This document shows, piece after piece, positions 26,001 to 38,000 of a DNA stretch of 64,000 bases (position 1 is the first letter of the stretch; each line of letters starts with the position of its first letter). A program made the position numbers and the translations under genes. This DNA is from Mytilus californianus (taxonomy: Eukaryota), in contig NW_026262701.1 of assembly GCF_021869535.1 (NCBI RefSeq), positions 102,796,001 to 102,860,000 of the forward strand, read 5' to 3'. The notes below the pieces were generated by a model that searched no databases, was not told the origin of the DNA, and worked only from the letters and a program-made list of their open reading frames with translations.

Positions 26001-29000
26001 TATGTCCTGGGGTTTCACTTCGTTCAGAGACAGGAAGGTTGACAATGTTATGTCCTGGGGTTTCACTTTGTTCAGAGACAGGTAGGTAGACAATGCTATG
26101 TCCTGGGGTTTCACTTCGTTCAGAGACAGGTAGGTAGACAATGCTATGTCCTGGGGTTTCACTTCGTTCAGAGACAGGTAGGTAGACAATGCTATGTCCT
26201 GGGGTTTCACTTCATTCAGAGACAGGTAGGTAGACAATGCTATGTCCTGGGGTTTCACTTCGTTCAGAGACGGGAAGGTTGACAATGTTATGTCCTGGGG
26301 TTTCACTTTGTTCAGAGACAGGAAGGTAGACAACGTTATGTCCAGGGGTTTCACTTTGTTCAGAGACAGGTAGGTAGACAATGCTATGTCCTTTTGATTT
26401 CACGTCATTCAGAGACTGGTAGTTAGACAATGTTATGTCCTGGGATTTCACTTCATTCAGAGACTGGTAGTTAGACAATGCTATGTCCTGGGATATCACT
26501 TCATTAAGAGACTGGTAGTTAGACAATGCTATGTCCTGGGATATCACTTCGTTCAGAGACTGGTAGGTAGACAATGCTATGTCCTGGAATATCAATATGT
26601 TCACAGACTGGTAGGTAGACAATGCTATGTCCTGGAGTTTCATTAGGTTTAGAGCCAGGTAGGTTTTTCTTTGTTGCCTGAAATTATTTTTCAACTCCAT
26701 TTTGGTTTCTTGTTCTTTTTCTTTTTCTGTTTAAAGAACACAATGTGCAATTTTTTGGAACATGATGTAATTATTTTATTAAGTTTCCCAAACGAAGTTT
26801 GGGAAGACTTATTGTTTTTGCTCAGTTCTTATTATTATTATTATTCTTCTTCTTCTTCTTCTTCTTCTTCTTCTTCTTCTTCTTCCGCCGCTTTTAAATT
26901 TGAACTTGTCCGCACCCGTTCTCCAAAACCGCATGTCAGATTAACTTAGGGTTTCACAATATGTTAGACTAACATGTCTAGTGGTGCAATCAGGGTTTTG
27001 TTTGTGCAATTGGGTTTATAAAGGGGTACTTTGAGGGGCAAAAAGAAAAGAGGGTTTTACTATAGAACCCTATGGGATTTTATTTTTTAAAATTTTCAAA
27101 TGATTATAAATTGAAAACCGTTTGTGATAGACGCAATCTTTTTAATTGAAAATGTTCTAAATGATAAAGCCCATTAAATGAAATACAGGGTTAGTCCCCA
27201 GGGGTCACCCCCACCCCCTGCCATTTAAGAAAGTTCTAATACCTTGTAAGTGGTCAAGATCCCCACCCCTAAACCATATATATTTTGGTTTGTTATGCTA
27301 AGATGGTTTGAATGATATTCAGGGTTAGTCCCCAGGGGTCACCCCGACCCCCTGCCATTTGAGAAAGTTCTAATATCTTGTAAATGGTCGAGATCCCCAC
27401 CCCTAAACCATATATATTCTGGTTTGTCATGACAAAGCACATCAAATGAAATACAGGGTTAGTCCCCAGGGGTCACCCCCACCCCCTGCCATTTAAGAAA
27501 GTTCTAATACCTTGTAAGTGGTCAAGATCCCCACCCCTAAACCATATATATTCTGGTTTGTCATGCTAAGATGGTTTGAACTATATACAGGGTTAGTCCC
27601 CAGGGGTCATCCCGACCCCCTGCCATTTGAGAAAGTTCTAATATCTTGTAAATGGTCGAGATCCCCACCCCTAAACCATATATATTCTGGTTTGTCATGA
27701 TAAAGCACTTCAAATGAAATACAGGGTTAGTCCCCAGGGGTCACCCCCACCCCCTGCCATTTGAGAAAGTTCTTATATCTTCTAAGTGGTCAAGATCCCC
27801 ACCCCTAAACCATATATATTCTGGTTTGTCATGCTAAGATGGTTTGAATGATATACAGGGTTAGTCCCCAGGGGTCATCCCGACCCCCTGCCATTTGAGA
27901 AAGTTCTAATATCTTGTAAATGGTCGAGATCCCCACCCCTAAACCATATATATTCTGGTTTGTCATGATAAAGCACATCAAATGAAATACAGGGTTAGTC
28001 CCCAGGGGTCACCCCCACCCCCTGCCATTTGAGAAAGTTCTAATATCTTGTAAATGGTTGAGATCTCCACCCCTAAACCATATATATTCCTATTTGTCAT
28101 GTCTCGAACATTTGAATGACGTATACGGTCAGTCCCCAGGGCCCCACCCCCAATGTTCTAATATCTTGTAAATGGTTGAGATCCCCACCCCTAAACCATA
28201 TATATTCTGGTTTGTCATGCCAAGATGATTTGAATGATATACAAGGTTAGTCCCCAGGCATCACTAATGCATATAACTTTACTGGACCAAACCAATTTTC
28301 ACTGGAAGTTGCCCAATGTCAGGCGACCCTGGGAATTATGAATTATGGGAGCTTCGTTTGGGAGACTTCGTAACAGCATCCTGTTACATTCATTTCTTGT
28401 TTGAAAACATTTTGAAAGAAAAATGAAAATTAAGAAAAGCTTGAAAACGGGGTTCAAAATATAGAAATAAAAACACCATAGAAATATTGGTGAGAACTGC
28501 AACCAAAGAACAAGATTTGCCATTCAGAAAGTAGCCATTTTCTGAATATTCTGTTTTAATCTGCCTGGGTCAAATAGAAAAGATGAGACTTGGGCATTGG
28601 CATAGTCTACAAAAAAGCACAAATGGTTAAGCTCAGTCAATTCCTAAATCTAGCATGTCCGATATCATTGCACAGAGGGTTTTTTTTTTTTTTTAATTTC
28701 TATTTATAAATGACCCAATTGGCCTATCATCATACAGTCTATGAAATTTGTGTTTTTTCTGAGTTTTACTACAAAACAGGGTTAGACATATCTCTTTTAA
28801 CTGTTCTACTGAATTAAATTTCTTATTAGAATGTATAAGTTGTAAAATTCATAATATTTTTGTTAAAATATGGAACAGACTTTTAACTAAATAGTATTTT
28901 TCAGGTTTGGATGGAGATTTAAGTTCATCAGATGACAATTTGCCACAGAAGAGAAGACACCAATCAAGAAGGTCTAATAATAAAGGAGGTCCAAGTATTA

Positions 29001-32000
29001 GAGATGGACCAGAAGCAATAGCTAGACTTATAGACAGATCTCGTAATCCTCCAACTAGTACTGGTGGTAGGTACAATTATAGTTTCTGCCATTGTAATAT
29101 ACTGATAGGTCTATTATTGAAAAAAGGGTTAGATACTTGTAGTAGTCCATAGTGTACATGAAGATAGGACTGTAAATTCTCAAAATAATATAACAGAAGT
29201 CTGGTTATTTTCATGTTTTATTTATTTTTTTACACTCCAAGTGATAATAAGTATTCATTTTTTTTTTTAAAGAATTTGGATAAATATATTCAAATCTAAT
29301 ATTTTATTGTCATTTGAACTTTGTTTTATGTTTTGATTTTAGATTTTTACTGACTTCAGCAGGGAATAAGACTAACATTTTCCAACTAGGGGCCCAACCT
29401 GCCACAATGTGAAAATTAACATAACACTATGGGCATTTTAATAAAAAATTTAGGGGCCCAACCCAAATTTTAGTAGCATTGGCTACTGGGCCCCTGCTAA
29501 TCTTTTTCCCTGTTCAGTAGGACTTAAGATTAAGATATGGGTTTTAAGAGTGGTGATATTATGACTTATATTGGCACAGAAGTAAGCATCACCGGGTATT
29601 GTTTCTCAAGTAATTTAATTTTGATGAAAGACTATATGGCTTATTATTGATTTCAACTTGAAATTCATTATAGATACCTGTGTACCAAAAGGTTATGTTA
29701 GTTTTCCTCAGCCTACAGAAGAAACAACACCACAGTTATCATACAGAGATGTAACTTCACCTATCAACATGCAAGATTATGCTCTAGATAGTTCTGGTGG
29801 TAGAGGTAAGATTCATATAATGTTTTTATGAAAGCAGGATTAACTTCTATTAACATGCAAGATTATGCTCTAGATAGTTCTGGTGGTAGAGGTAAGATTC
29901 ATATAATGTTTTTATGAAAGCAGGATTAACTTCTATTAACATGCAAGATTATGCTCTAGATAGTTCTGGTGGTAGAGGTTAGATTCATATAATGTTTTTA
30001 TGAAAGCAGGATTAACTTCTATTAACATGCAAGATTATGCTCTAGATAGTTCTGGTGGTAGAGGTAAGATTCATATAATGTTTTTATGAAAGCAGGATTA
30101 ACTTCACCTATTAACATGCAAGATTATGCTCTAGATAGTTCTGGTGGTAGAGGTAAGATTCATATAATGTTTTTATGAAAGCAGGATTAACTTCACCTAT
30201 TAACATGCAAGATTATGCTCTAGATAGTTCTGGTGGTAGAGGTAAGATTCATATAATGTTTTTATGAAAGCAGGATTAACTTCTATTAACATGCAAGATT
30301 ATGCTCTAGATAGTTCTGGTGGTAGAGGTTAGATTCATATAATGTTTTTATGAAAGCAGGATTAACTTCTATTAACATGCAAGATTATGCTCTAGATAGT
30401 TCTGGTGGTAGAGGTAAGATTCATATAATGTTTTTATGAAAGCAGGATTAACTTCACCTATTAACATGCAAGATTATGCTCTAGATAGTTCTGGTGGTAG
30501 AGGTAAGATTCATATAATGTTTTTATGAAAGCAGGATTAACTTCTCCTATTAACATGCAAGATTATGCTCTAGATAGTTCTGGTAGTAGAGGTAAGATTC
30601 ATATAATGTTTTTATGAAAGCAGGATTAACTTCTCCTATTAACATGCAAGATTATGCTCTAGATAGTTCTGGTGGTAGAGGTAAGATTCATATAATGTGT
30701 TTATGAAAGCAGGATTAACTTCTCCTATTAACATGCAAGATTATGCTCTAGATAGTTCTGGTGGTAGAGGTAAGATTCATATAATGTTTTTATGAAAGCA
30801 GGATTAACTTCTATTAACATGCAAGATTATGCTCTAGATAGTTCTGGTGGTAGAGGTAAGATTCATATAATGTTTTTATGAAAGCAGGATTAACTTCTAT
30901 TAACATGCAAGATTATGCTCTAGATAGTTCTGGTGGTAGAGGTAAGATTCATATAATGTTTTTATGAAAGCAGGATTAACTTCTATCAACATGCAAGATT
31001 ATGCTCTGGATAGTTCTGGTGGTAGAGGTAAGATTCATATAATGTTTTTATGAAAGCAGGATTAACTTCTATCAACATGCAAGATTATGCTCTGGATAGT
31101 TCTGGTGGTAGAGGATAGGTGGATGTTAAACTGTTTTCTTGTGAGCTAACACAACAGGCATGTGTTTCACCCATTATCATGACTGGAGTATGATAATATG
31201 ATATGAATATAAATCCAGCTTTGTACTAGACCGAAACAGTATTAAATTCAGTGATCAGGATGGCATAACTTGTCTATAAAGTTGCAGATCCAGGATTTTA
31301 GGCCAAGGGGTGTGACCATAATATTGTAGTAGAGCAGAACGAGGCAAACAAATTTTATAGGTTTTTTCAAACATTTTTTTTATGATCTTAAGGTGAATAT
31401 ACTGCTGATATACCAACAGACGTACACTTTCTTTGTAAAATTCTGATGAATTGGATGTTACAGATTCATTTAAAATCAAGGTAACAGAAAAATTCTATAT
31501 TTAAAGTGCATCAATGAAATTTTAATTTTCCAGATTCTTGTGATAATGATCCAGATGATGATGGAAATGCGTTCTCAAAGACTGGTGCTCTAACCATAAA
31601 GAGCAGCTCTGGTTCCTCTGGTGGACTCATGTCAGCATTAGGATTAAGTCGGGACAATAGTGTTGACAGTGACGACTATCAGCCTCACAGCAGTATATCA
31701 TCACATGATGGTAGTATAGGGGGTGCTATGGGGAATCTGTCATTAGGTGGAAGCACTGGCAGTTTAAATGGAAGTGCTCTATCACCAGCTTCAAGCATTA
31801 ATTTTGATCTTCAACAGAGTAAAGATGTCAGAACTGCAAATGTACCTCAAGATAACAATGCATATAAAATGACACCTAGTGATATTCTAGCAAATCAGGG
31901 GAAGACAACTCTGGAAAACCGTGGCAATGTTAAGCCTAGGGATATTGGTATAAACTACACCAATCAGAATGTTGTAAACAATGGTGCTACTATTGATGAT

Positions 32001-35000
32001 TATAATAAGAAAGGATTTCCTAACATAGGTGCAGATTTCGGTGCTCAACTTGGGCAGTTATTTCCACAGAATCCTGCTGCCAGGACAGACCAACAATTCT
32101 TCAAGCAAGGGGAGGTAAGTATAATTATGGCACTTCCCAAAATACCTGTACCAGTCAAATTACAATTCTGTGTAGCCATTTAAATTGGTATATTAGCATA
32201 GAAAATAGATATTTAATCAAATTTAAATGGCAACATTGAATGTCTAAATATTGTTTTAACAAAAAATGTACAGTGCTCAAATATATAAACATATAAAATA
32301 TATCAAGCCTCGAATAACCTTAATAGTTTTCTTACTTAACGAGAAAACTATTCCCGCTTACATTTATAAAAAAATACCCGTGCTATTATAATAACAACTG
32401 CTATTACATCACATTGCGGTAAAATACCAACCGATGATATTTATTTTAAAATTAAATAATAAGAAACCTGTTTAATATTACCGGTCACCAATCAGATAAC
32501 TTGTTGGTGACACACAAACACATGATACTTTGTTTGTAAACAAACTTTAAAAACTATAAACATAAAGCATGTGTTCATCTAACGTTAATAAATACATATA
32601 TACACCAGACTCACCCACAGATAAGTCTGATCAAAACAATAACTTTCATGTATTTGGTAATTTCAGGGTAATAACACAGGATATCCAGAAGATTTACATA
32701 CTTTATTAGAACAGTTGAGTCTGACTAAATATTTACCTGTATTTGAAGAACAAGAAATAAATCTGGAAGTGTTCCTGTCTCTTACTGATAATGATCTCAA
32801 AGAAATTGGTATACAGTAAGTATAAACAATGGAAGACATGTTACCTGTCAGGTGCACTTGAACATTGACATTACCAGCAATACATAACAAAAAAGAGAAG
32901 TATAAACAAGGGAAGACATGTTACCTGTCAGGTGCACTTGAACATTGATATTAACAGCAATACATAACAAAAAAGAGTAGAAGTATAAACAAAGGAAGAC
33001 ATGTTACCTATCAGGTGCACTTGAACATTGACATAACCAGCAATACATAACAAAAAAGAGAAGTATAAACAAGGGAAGACATGTTACCTGTCAGGTGCAC
33101 TTTAACATTGATATTAACAGCAATACATTACAAAAAAGAGTAGAAGTATATACAAAGGAAGACATGTTACCTGCCAGGTGCACTTGAACATTGATATTAC
33201 CAGCAATACGTAACAAAAAAGAGTAGAAGTATAAACAAAGGAAGACATGTTACCTGTCAGGTGCACTTGAACATTGACATTACCAGCAATACATAACAAA
33301 AAAGAGAAGTATAAACCAAGGAAAACATGTTACCTGTTAACAAAAAAGAGAAGAAGCATAATACAGTTTATTAAGAGGTAGTACTTATTTTTGTTGCATT
33401 AAAGGTCTTTCACACTTAAAGATATAAAAGAGTCATTTACTTGAATGAGTTAATTAGACCTTTGTCAGTGTTTCAATGGATTTTTTCCTGAGTTATTATA
33501 GAGAGAGGTATTCTTGCTGATATATGTATATGGCAAAGATTTTTTTGTAATAATACTTCATATTTTTGTTGAATTTACATTTTGTTGAATGTAATTGAAA
33601 ATTCTTATCATATGCATAGATCTCTAAATAAAGCCAGATGATTGTACCTGGTGCTTCTTAGTTTTGGGTTAAAGGTATTTGTCACTGACTTTCAATGGAA
33701 TGTATCCTGAGTCACTATACAGAAAGGTATGGAAAAATGCTGATGCATGACAAAAACTTTTGGATAAACATGCAATAATTTTTTTTAAACCCTTATCATA
33801 TACATCCCTGACACCTTGTCTTTTAAGATGTTTTCAAGGATTCAATGTCCTGAGAAAAATAGAAAATCAACAATTACATCAGTGAAAGTCAAGTCATAAA
33901 AAAATCTTAGTAGAAATAATACTTCTAGTTAGTATAACTAACAATCGTTTTAAATATAATAAGATTTATGTGTTGAAAGAGTTGTTGCTTAAGTACTGTA
34001 AAATCTGCATATTTACTGAACCAAATAAACAGCTAAATATTAGATTTTTAGACTCCTTTATTATATTTTTTGATAATGATCCACTGATGTCAGTTATGAA
34101 TTCAATTACTCTTTAAAGCTTTAAAAAAAAACTATATAGGTTGAACCCATTTTTTATACGACCGCAAAAAAATTTTGTGGTCGTATATTGGTATGACGTT
34201 GGCGTCGTCGTCGTCGTCGTCGTCGTCGTCTGGCGTCGTCCGAAGACACATTGGTTTTCGCACTCTAACTTTAGTTTAAGTGAATGGATCTTTTTGAAAT
34301 TTGACCATAAGGTTAAATACCACAAAAGGAAGGTTGGGATTGATTTTGGGGGTTATGGTACCAACAGTTAAGGAATTAGGGGCCAAAAAGGGGCCAAAAA
34401 TAAGCATTTTCTAGTTTCCAGACAATAACTGTGGAACGGTGTATGGATCTCTCTGAAATTATACTACAAGTTTCCATACCACAAAGGGATGGTTAGGATT
34501 TGCTTTGGGGGATTATGGCTCAAACCGTTTAGGAATTAGAGGCAAAAAAGGGGGAAAAACAAGGTTGTCCTGGTTAATGGACAAATACTTTAATACAAAA
34601 CATAATTTAAAGCAGTGTAAGGGAGATAAATCAAATACATCATTGAAATTATCTCCCTTACACTGCTTTTAAATTATGTATAAAGTAATGGTTAATGAAC
34701 AATAAAGATAATTTAAAACAGTGTAAGGGAGGTAATCCAAATACAACGTTTTGGTTACTTCCCTTACACTGCTTTTAAATTATGTTTAAAGAAATGCATA
34801 TTTATAAAGGAAGACCAGTAAAAATATCTGCAAATGTTGCATCTTTTTTTTTACAAAAAAATCCATATGAAAGATTTGACACTATATTTTTAATTCTATT
34901 ATAAAATAGATTAAGTTAGCACTATGGTAAATTTAAATGGGTAATTATGGTTGCCAACTCCATTGGAAATTTGAATTGAGATTATGACCATATCTTGAGG

Positions 35001-38000
35001 GAAAGAATTTTTTGGGGAAAAAAAGGGGGGGGGGGATAAAAAGAAATTGTGGGGGGTCAATTTTTTCTCATTTCAGATTTCAGAAATTAAAAAGAATTAT
35101 TCTTCAAATATTATTTTTTTTTCAAATTTCAAATATTGAAAAATTTCAAGAAGTAATCTTTAATTGCACAGTATGGCACATTAGATTTGTAAAATCTTTG
35201 ATCACATTTATTTATTTGTTATGCCGAATCTAACAGTGTATTTAGATTTTTAATTTTGGGTCCAGTTTTCAAATTGGTCTACATTAAGGTCCAAAGGGTC
35301 CAAAATTAAACTTTGTTTGATTTTAGCAAAAATTGAATATATGAGGTTCTTTGATATGCTGAATCTAAACATGTATTTAGATTTTTGATTTTTGGCCCAG
35401 TTTTCAAGTTGGTCCAAATTGGGGTCCAAAATTAAACTTTGTTTGATTTCAACAAAAATTGAATATATGGGGTTCTTTGATATGCTGAATCTAACCATGT
35501 ATTTAGATTTTTTATTTGTGGACCCCATTATCAAATTGGTTCATATTGAGGTCAAAAGGGTCCAAAATTAAACTTTGTTTGATTTCATCTAAAATTGAAT
35601 TATTGGGGTTCTTTGATATTCCAAATCTAACAGTGTATTTAGATTTTTAATTTTGGGTCCTGTTTTTTAAATTGGTCTACATTAAGATCCAAAGGGTCCA
35701 AAATTAAACTAAGTTTGATTTTAACAAAAATTGAATTTTTGGGGTTCTTTGATATGCTGAATCTAAACATGTGTTTAGATTTTTTATTATGGGCCCAGTT
35801 TTCAAGTTGGTCCAAGATAGGGTCCAGTATTTAAACTTTGTTTGATTTCAACAAAAATTGAATATATGAGGTTCTTTGATATGCTGAATCTAAACATGTA
35901 TTTAGATTTTTGATTATGGGCCCAGTTTTCAAGTTGGTCCAAATTGGGGTCCAAAATTAACTTTGTTTGATTTCATCAAAAATTGAATTATTGGGGTTCT
36001 TTGATATGCCAAATCTAACCGTGTTTTTAGATTTTTAATTTGGGTCCCGTTTTTTAACTTGGTCTTCATTGAGGTCCAAAGGGTCCAAAACTAAACTTAG
36101 TTTGATTTTAGCAAAAATTGAATTCTTGGGGTTCTTTGATATGCTGAATCTAAACATGTGTTTAGATTTTTGATTATGGGCCCAGTTTTCAAGTTTGTCC
36201 AAGTTGGGGTCCAAAATTAAACCTATTTTTGATTTCAACAAAAATTGAATATATGGGGTTCTTTGATATGCTGAATCTAACCATGAATTTAGATTTTTTA
36301 TTTGTGGGCCCGCTATCAAATTGGTTCATATTGAGGTCAAAAGGGTCCAAAATTAAACTTTGTTTGATTTCATCAAAAATTGAATTATTGGGGTTCTTTG
36401 ATATTCCAAATCTAACCGTGTATTTAGATTTTGAATTTTAAGTCCCGTTTTTTAAATTGGTCTACATTAAGGTCCAAAGGGTCCAAAATTAAACTTAGTT
36501 TGATTTTAGCAAAAATTGAATTCTTGGGGTTCTTTGATATGCTGAATCTAAACATGTGTTTAGATTTTTGATTATGGGCCCAGTTTTCAAGTTGGTCCAA
36601 GATAGGGTCCAGTATTTAAATTTTGTTTGATTTCAACAAAAAATGAATATATGAGGTTCTTTGATATGCTGAATCTAAACATGTATTTAGATTTTTGATT
36701 ATGGGCCCAGTTTTCAAGTTGGTCCAAATTGGGGTCCAAAATTAACTTTGTTTGATTTCAACAAAAATTGAATATATGAGGTTCTTTGATATGCTGAATC
36801 TAACCATGTATTTAGATTTTTTATTTGTGGGCCCCGCTATCAAATTGGTTCATATTGAGGTCAAAAGGGAACAAAATTAAACTTTGTTTGATTTCATCAA
36901 AAATTGAATTATTGGGGTTCTTTGATATGCCAAATCTAACCGTGTTTTTAGATTTTTAATTTGGGTCCCGTTTTTTAAATTGGTCTTCATTGAGGTCCAA
37001 AGGGTCCAAAATTAAACTTAGTTTGATTTTAGCAAAAATTGAATTCTTGGGGTTCTTTGATATGCTGAATCTAAACATGTGTTTAGATTTTTGATTATGG
37101 GCCCACTTTTCAAGTTTGTCCAAGTTGGGGTCCAAAATTAAACTTTTTTTGATTTCAACAAAAATTGAATATATGGGGTTCTTTGATATGCTGAATCTAA
37201 CCATGAATTTAGATTTTTTATTTGTGAGCCCGCTATCAAATTGGTTCATATTGAGGTCAAAAGGGTCCAAAATTAAACTTTGTTTGATTTCATCAAAAAT
37301 TGAATTATTGGGGTTCTTTGATATTCCAAATCTAACCGTGTATTTAGATTTTTAATTTTAAGTCCCGTTTTTTAAATTGGTCTACATTAAGGTCCAAAGG
37401 GTCCAAAATTAAACTTAGTTTGATTTTAGCAAAAATTGAATTCTTGGGGTTCTTTGATATGCTGAATCTAAACATGTGTTTAGATTTTTGATTATGGGCC
37501 CAGTTTTCAAGTTTGTCCAAGTTGGGGTCCAAAATTAAACTGTTTGATTTTAACAAAAATTTAATATATGCGGTTCTTTGATATGCTGAATCTAACCATG
37601 TATTTTGATTTTGGACATTGGACCATAATAGGTAAATTAAAAAAATTCAAGTTCTTAGACTACATTCTTTCTGTGTCAGAAACCTATGCTGTGTCAAATA
37701 TTTAATAACAATCCAAATTCAGAGCTGTATCAAGCTTGAATGTTGTGTCCATACTTGCCCCAACTGTTCAGGGTTCGACCTCTGCGGTCGTATCAAGCTG
37801 CGCCCCAGCGAAGCATTTTATTCATCTGGATTTTCAACCCAGTATGTATTACATTGACAGGTTATTTGGACCAAGAAAAAAGTTGACCAATGCAATAGCC
37901 AGATGGCACAGTCAAGCACCTATGGCTATAAGTAACCAGTTAGAACAGGCCTATGCAGATAGGCTGGAGGGACAATTGCAAGAAATGGCTGTGCAGTTAC

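Noticed and set aside
25875-26700. 168-aa and 162-aa repetitive ORFs on the minus strand
   Set aside because: By-products of the 48-bp (16-codon) array C, antisense to an ANKS3 intron.
32663-32890. 75-aa minus-strand ORF
   Set aside because: Antisense shadow of the ANKS3 SAM exon plus array E.
35250-37556. Several 70-107-aa ORFs, and similar ones at 47636-48566 and 54143-54331
   Set aside because: Chance open frames in satellite monomers, repeated with the array.
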